Shown: in pieces, positions 59,611 through 64,000 of the stretch
Layout of the letters: each line of letters starts with the position of its first letter
Position numbering within the stretch: position 1 is the stretch's first letter
Source: a virus
Virus record (IMG/VR): IMGVR_UViG_3300006001_000012
Length of the DNA stretch: 64,000 nt
Direction: 5' to 3' (one strand)
Position numbers and translations under genes: made by a program
The notes under the pieces: generated by a model
Databases searched by the model: none
The model's input: the letters and a program-made list of their open reading frames with translations, nothing else
What the model was told of the DNA's origin: nothing

Positions 59611-60657
59611 TTACAAATTGTGAGCGAGCAGATACTGAGGATTAATCGCTTTCATGCTGACTCTTCCTGCTTGTCCCGCTGTTTCAAATAAAGGATGATA
59701 AGTTTCGTGCATGGGTCTGAGCACGATTCCTTCCGCTCCCTGCAAAGGAGCTAAATGACTTCTTCGGTTCATTGTCAATTGTTTCACGTCCTCTATGTCA
59801 TTGGTCAGCTCATAATCTACGTCTATTACGGGCACTGTATATAGTCCCAACAGATTGACAATGGTGTGTTGAAAAGAATAGAAAGGATAGAACTTTTTCA
59901 TGTCGATGCTATATACCGAAAAGAAACGTACATGTTTTCCCTTCATTTTCAAGGGATTTCCCTGTATTCCTTCACCGTACAGTTCTCCCTGAATGGCGAT
60001 ATTGATGTCATTGTTCCTTCTCATTTTCTCCTCGATATGAAATTCCCTTGCCACTTTCCAATACATGCAACTCGGAGTTTCCAAGAGGTCTCTGTTACGG
60101 GAACATACACCGAATACTCCTTCATTGAGATAAAAGGTAATCGAGGTGCCGTCTATTTTCTCGGTGATGTAACACTTGAGAGGCTCTTCTTTTAAAGTAG
60201 CCAGATACTCCGTCATGTTCTCAATTCTCACTTCGTCTGTTTTGGGAATAAAAGAAGGAAAGTCTCCTTTTGTTTTGCTTCCCGAATTGTCATACATGGG
60301 AAGTTCGTATTTCACGATTTCAAGTAAGTCAGAGACATCGTCTCCTTCAAAAATATCACGGGGATAATGAGCTAAACTTTCCTCTAAGATGCTTAAAGGA
60401 AGCACTATTCCCTGTGAAATCTGACCTCGCATTATTCTGGTCTTTACTTTCTTGCCTTCTAAATCCCTGAAAGGCTCAGGCAACATGGGAGGAAACAGAG
60501 AATCAATTTCTACGAAAACAATTAAATCTCCTGCTTGGAAATTATCTTGTTTTCGTATCACTGATTTCCATCCCAATACAGAAGCAGTTTCGATATTGTC
60601 TGCTTCTTTGATAGGAGTGATTTCGGTTATTCTTTGAACCGAAGCTAATTTACGCAT
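59611..60657 (-). CDS. RNA ligase, Rnl2-like DRB0094 family
   Basis: N-terminal MRKLASVQRI...ADNIE...GW...EIDS...RGQISQG module, and nucleotidyltransferase motifs TEKIDGTS, QGELYG, FSVY, EGIVLR and KAIN. Confidence 0.92.
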   Translation of the reverse strand: MRKLASVQRITEITPIKEADNIETASVLGWKSVIRKQDNFQAGDLIVFVEIDSLFPPMLPEPFRDLEGKKVKTRIMRGQISQGIVLPLSILEESLAHYPRDIFEGDDVSDLLEIVKYELPMYDNSGSKTKGDFPSFIPKTDEVRIENMTEYLATLKEEPLKCYITEKIDGTSITFYLNEGVFGVCSRNRDLLETPSCMYWKVAREFHIEEKMRRNNDINIAIQGELYGEGIQGNPLKMKGKHVRFFSVYSIDMKKFYPFYSFQHTIVNLLGLYTVPVIDVDYELTNDIEDVKQLTMNRRSHLAPLQGAEGIVLRPMHETYHPLFETAGQAGRVSMKAINPQYLLAHNL

Positions 60658-60670
60658 ATGTTTTTTGGTT

Positions 60671-61159
60671 TTAATTTAAGTGTGCGATAAACAAAGTGCC
60701 TTCTTCTTCTCTTTCTTCTGCTTTCAACAATTCATCGCGGATTTTAACCGCTATTCTTTTAGCAGCTTCTTTGGCAATAAATTCCGTCTGTTTAGAAATC
60801 TGCTGATTGTAGAAATATACTACTCCAGAATAATATAAAGTGTCGAAAGGCTGATTTACATCCGCTTCCACCAATACTCTGAGCAACATTCTTTCCTGTT
60901 TGTCAAGAGCATCTGGTTTGCTGTGAGGATCTTTGGGCACTACCAACACGGAATATACGCATTTGTGTTTCCCTTCTCCTTTGCCTTGCAAGGTGATATG
61001 GATACCCAATGATTCGTCTTTTACGACTGCTTTTGCAATTCCTTCAAAATCTTTCCATTGAAAGTCAAAAACTTTTCCTTCTTTTACAAGCTCTTTTTGT
61101 GCTTCAAGAATGGTTTTGCCTTCTTTAAGGCGGGATTTCATTACTTCAAAAATGTTCAT
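60671..61159 (-). CDS. Hypothetical protein
   Basis: 162-aa ORF tiling the operon. Confidence 0.6.
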   Translation of the reverse strand: MNIFEVMKSRLKEGKTILEAQKELVKEGKVFDFQWKDFEGIAKAVVKDESLGIHITLQGKGEGKHKCVYSVLVVPKDPHSKPDALDKQERMLLRVLVEADVNQPFDTLYYSGVVYFYNQQISKQTEFIAKEAAKRIAVKIRDELLKAEEREEEGTLFIAHLN

Positions 61160-61163
61160 AGTT

Positions 61164-61631
61164 TTAGTTTTTCTTTAATTCGTGTTTTACCAATGCGTTG
61201 GCAGTAAGTCTTAAATGATCTGTGAGAGCAGCCCATTCATAGGCGCGACCAAATAATGCCTTAATTTGAAATCTCATATAAAACAATACTCCGAAACTTG
61301 TCAGTTCTTCATGTTTATTATAAGCAGTCACAAACATAGGCATAGTGATGGAATCTTCTATGTGCCGCATTTCTTGAAGCCATAAATCTAAAGTACTTTC
61401 AAGTTGATGGTTCAAATTAGAATAACGGATATAAGACAACGGATAATGCCCGATTTTTCTGACTATTAACCATTCTGCGGGAGGACAAAAATCTTTTACC
61501 ATTTCTTCATACTCTTTTAAATCAGAGTCAGAATAATGAAAGTGAATAGGCGTGATATTGCCTGTTTCGGAAAAATTTAAAGAAGGAATTCGTTGAAATT
61601 TTTCTCTTGAATATTTACTTAGATTATACAT
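61164..61631 (-). CDS. Hypothetical protein, paralog of 61634-62095
   Basis: PLSYIRY...MRHI...LTSFGVLFYMRFQI..L...AYEW....HLR. Confidence 0.75.
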   Translation of the reverse strand: MYNLSKYSREKFQRIPSLNFSETGNITPIHFHYSDSDLKEYEEMVKDFCPPAEWLIVRKIGHYPLSYIRYSNLNHQLESTLDLWLQEMRHIEDSITMPMFVTAYNKHEELTSFGVLFYMRFQIKALFGRAYEWAALTDHLRLTANALVKHELKKN

Positions 61632-61633
61632 AA

Positions 61634-62095
61634 TTATTTGTTTAAATTTTCTTTTTCTCTTTTTTCTTTTTCTTTTTCTTCTTTTAAAAGGAAATCAGAT
61701 ACTCTTCTTAAATGCTCATATACATGAAGCCAAGAATAAGCACCGTTGCCCAGATCATCTATTTGAAATTCCATGTAAAACAATACTCCGAAACTTTTCA
61801 GAAATCCTTCTTTGGTATAAGAAGTGAGGTATTGATACATGCCTACTTTTTCATCCAGATATCTCATCCTTTTAAAAGCCAATTCCAATTCAGAATCTGC
61901 CGAATTTCCTGCATAAATTTTGTTGTAGCGAAGATAAGACAGCGGAGGAAAAAGACTGCTTGTAATCATCAGTATGTCCATTTTCTTCACATTCTCAAGA
62001 TGCGACAAGCCTTTCAGTATGGCTTCGAGTCTCAATACCTTCGCTTCGGGTTCAAACTTCAATTCTTCTTTTGAAAATTCAATTACTTTATACAT
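61634..62095 (-). CDS. Hypothetical protein, paralog of 61164-61631
   Basis: PLSYLRY...MRYL...LKSFGVLFYMEFQI..L...AYSW....HLR. Confidence 0.75.
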   Translation of the reverse strand: MYKVIEFSKEELKFEPEAKVLRLEAILKGLSHLENVKKMDILMITSSLFPPLSYLRYNKIYAGNSADSELELAFKRMRYLDEKVGMYQYLTSYTKEGFLKSFGVLFYMEFQIDDLGNGAYSWLHVYEHLRRVSDFLLKEEKEKEKREKENLNK

Positions 62096-62130
62096 TGGTT
62101 TTAGTTTGGTTTGATTTGATTTAATTTAAT

Positions 62131-63663
62131 TTAAAATAATTGCCATATGCGAGGCGTTACCACATTTGCGGGAGCATTTTTAAAATGGGCAATCATTTTT
62201 TCTTTGTCATATTCTTTGGCTGACGACATTCCTATTTCAGGAAATATAAATACGCGAGAGGGATATTTCCTGGCACATTCAAAAAGAGAGATTATGCTTG
62301 CTTTGATTTCTTTGTCAGAAAATATTTCTCCTTTGTAATTCTTTAATCTGAGCGCGTAAGAAAATCCTCTGAATCCTGTTTTTTCGGATACAAAATGTTT
62401 ATAGGCGGCATATTGGTTCTGTATATACCTTTCTTTTACGGCTTCTATTTCAGCAATAGGTTTTAAATCGGGGGAAGCTATATACACGGCAGTTTCCCAT
62501 ATTTCAAAATTGTCTCCGTATTGATTGTTCCAATGATATTGTTTTCTCAATGCTCCGTCATAAAAAGCATAAAGTATTCCAATTCTGGCATCAGTACTCA
62601 TGGAATATCTTTTGGCTTCGCCTGCTCCAAATACATTGATAATAGAGAACTCGTCAGTTTTTACCAGATTTACTCTTTTAATTCCATTATGTACAATAAT
62701 GACAGAATTAAATCCCGAACATTGCAAACTTCCTTCTCCTGCAACTTGCACGGCATGTGCTTCTGCATATTGTATGCTGTTATGTCCTGCTTTTTGATGA
62801 CAATAACAGAAGGCATGTTGTTCTGCATTGTGTCCCGCGATTTGATGCGAGTTGTTTCCCGCTTTCTGCACCGCATAATTTTTAGCGATTTGCACTGCCC
62901 AATCTTCTGCGTATTGATTGCATAACTCTTCTCCTTTTTGAAGCATGTTGTTTTTTCCTTTTTGCGAGGAATATCCTTTGGCTATCTGCACTGATTTTCC
63001 TTTGGCTATTTGCCTTGCCGAAAACTCTGCTTTCTGGAGACTCTTTCTGTCTGCAGTCTGTTTAGTCATATTCTTTGCTATTTGAACGGCTTCTTCTTCT
63101 GCAAATTGCTGCATGTTGTCTCCTCCTGACTGATATGCGTTTTCGTCAGCGGTCTGACTCGTATTGTCTCCTGCTTTCTGAATGGCGTAATTCCATGCAG
63201 ACTGATCAGATTTATAACCTGCTATCTGAATGGCTTCTGTTTGTCCCGTCTGAACAGAATTTGCTCCCGCATGTTGATACCCTCTTTTTTTAATGGTGCT
63301 CTGCACTGCTCCGTGCATGGGAAAATTGGGATAATGATTGCGCATTAACCGACTTGCTTTGCGAAAAGAATTTCCGCTGTAAATGACAAGTCCTTTTTTA
63401 AATTTTACGCAATCTCCCAATTCTTTGTATCCTTCTTTTTTATCTACTTTGAAGATTACAAAATTGCCTTTGGCTTCTCCCCAACTCATTTTATAGTTAT
63501 TGTGGTCAATTCCTATAAATCCTGCCAAAGGTTCTTCCCATTCCTGACAAATTACAGTACTTCCCTGCGGTACATTTACCACATTATTTCCCATTTTAAT
63601 ACAATCTTGAGTATCGCATCTGAATACTACAAGCACCTCGAAAGGATTTAATTCAAGTTTCAT
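62131..63663 (-). CDS. Multidomain protein: N-terminal phage domain, octapeptide beta-solenoid, C-terminal A1S_2505/macro-like domain
   Basis: 24 Q-x-A-x-x-x-x-x repeats. The C-terminus GFRGFSYAL...LFECARKYPSRVF.FPEIG...HFKNAPANVVTP..W resembles the A1S_2505-type phage family as recalled. Confidence 0.6.
   Translation of the reverse strand: MKLELNPFEVLVVFRCDTQDCIKMGNNVVNVPQGSTVICQEWEEPLAGFIGIDHNNYKMSWGEAKGNFVIFKVDKKEGYKELGDCVKFKKGLVIYSGNSFRKASRLMRNHYPNFPMHGAVQSTIKKRGYQHAGANSVQTGQTEAIQIAGYKSDQSAWNYAIQKAGDNTSQTADENAYQSGGDNMQQFAEEEAVQIAKNMTKQTADRKSLQKAEFSARQIAKGKSVQIAKGYSSQKGKNNMLQKGEELCNQYAEDWAVQIAKNYAVQKAGNNSHQIAGHNAEQHAFCYCHQKAGHNSIQYAEAHAVQVAGEGSLQCSGFNSVIIVHNGIKRVNLVKTDEFSIINVFGAGEAKRYSMSTDARIGILYAFYDGALRKQYHWNNQYGDNFEIWETAVYIASPDLKPIAEIEAVKERYIQNQYAAYKHFVSEKTGFRGFSYALRLKNYKGEIFSDKEIKASIISLFECARKYPSRVFIFPEIGMSSAKEYDKEKMIAHFKNAPANVVTPRIWQLF
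62701..63276 (-). repeat. 24 x 8-aa repeat (576 nt, no indels)
   Basis: Runs QHAGANSV QTGQTEAI QIAGYKSD ... QVAGEGSL QCSGFNSV, with Gln invariant at every eighth residue. Confidence 0.95.
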
Positions 63664-63675
63664 TTTGATTTAGTT

Positions 63676-63891
63676 TTAGTTTTCGGAAGTGTCTATTTCT
63701 TCGCAGAATTTCTCAATGAAAAAATTGGAAATCAGAAAAGTTTCGTTTCCATAATAATGAAGTTTTGCCAAAAGAAAAGTTTGTACCCGATTGTATCCTC
63801 CTATATATCCTTGTTCGGGAGGCGCGTATTCTACCACCATTGCGTCTTGAGGCAATTCTTTAAGGCAGTTTATTAATTGTTTAACTGTCAT
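63676..63891 (-). CDS. Small hypothetical phage protein
   Basis: MTVKQLINCLKELPQDAMVV is a common N-terminal pattern in small phage proteins. Confidence 0.65.
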   Translation of the reverse strand: MTVKQLINCLKELPQDAMVVEYAPPEQGYIGGYNRVQTFLLAKLHYYGNETFLISNFFIEKFCEEIDTSEN

Positions 63892-63901
63892 ATTAGTTTA
63901 T

Positions 63902-64000
63902 TTAATGGTTAATTTCATAGAAACATCCTATGCTGTGTCTTACTCCCTCAAGGCAATACTCAATAAATTCTTCTTCGAGTTGTCCGCAATAAGTAAGTTG
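63902..64000 (-). CDS. 3' end of an ORF truncated by the window end
   Basis: Open frame QLTYCGQLEEEFIEYCLEGVRHSIGCFYEINH* ends 10 nt before the next start. Confidence 0.45.
   Translation of the reverse strand, partial: QLTYCGQLEEEFIEYCLEGVRHSIGCFYEINH

Noticed and set aside
59585..59620. Bacteroidota sigma-A promoter (-7 TAnnTTTG) upstream of 59574
   Set aside because: The - strand reads TACCTTTA, a mismatch at the conserved G, and there is no TTTG at the expected -33 spacing. The match is too weak in AT-rich DNA.
62701..63276. Ice-nucleation protein, or a CRISPR-like array, from the 24-nt periodicity
   Set aside because: There are no regular TxT ice-binding motifs, and the periodicity is at the protein level with no conserved DNA repeat or spacer structure.
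1..64000. Stop-codon reassignment (TAG=Gln or TGA=Trp), known in some crAss-like phages
   Set aside because: Standard-code ORFs, including a 19-kb one, tile both modules without fragmentation. TGA is used in ATGA overlaps, and TAG ends the Ubl gene just before a terminator.
1..64000. tRNA genes, integrase/att sites, reverse transcriptase/DGR, transposases
   Set aside because: Intergenic gaps are almost all under 100 nt with no cloverleaf, and no RT, recombinase or DDE motifs were recognised.

Overview
This window is a fragment of an AT-rich, densely coding tailed-phage genome, most consistent with a crAss-like phage (Crassvirales, probable Bacteroidota host). It reads in the standard genetic code. 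The + strand (1-37277) is a virion module: an IHF-like gene fragment, tail tubular/ring protein, tail stabilisation/muzzle protein, two probable cargo proteins, a 6361-aa protein carrying the virion RNA polymerase motif DYDFD, and a 2249-aa protein with a nuclease domain and membrane segments. It meets the - strand module (37325-64000) at a perfect 15-bp hairpin terminator. The - strand carries PolB, an SF2 helicase, DnaB, primase, an SSB-like protein, an AAA ATPase, UDG, dUTPase, a RecE-like exonuclease, a resolvase, an RNA ligase, a lysis cassette and accessory paralog arrays. The main result is a four-gene, phage-encoded ubiquitin-like conjugation cassette (Ubl-passenger fusion with Gly76, E2-like, JAB, E1/ThiF; 43284-47351). 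Other notable points are a full DprA/SLOG domain inside the giant RNAP protein, an AAA ATPase with Walker B placed before Walker A, a UNG with GYNPY instead of GQDPY, and a candidate pseudoknot in the polymerase leader. All calls come from motif recognition by eye; no database search was run.
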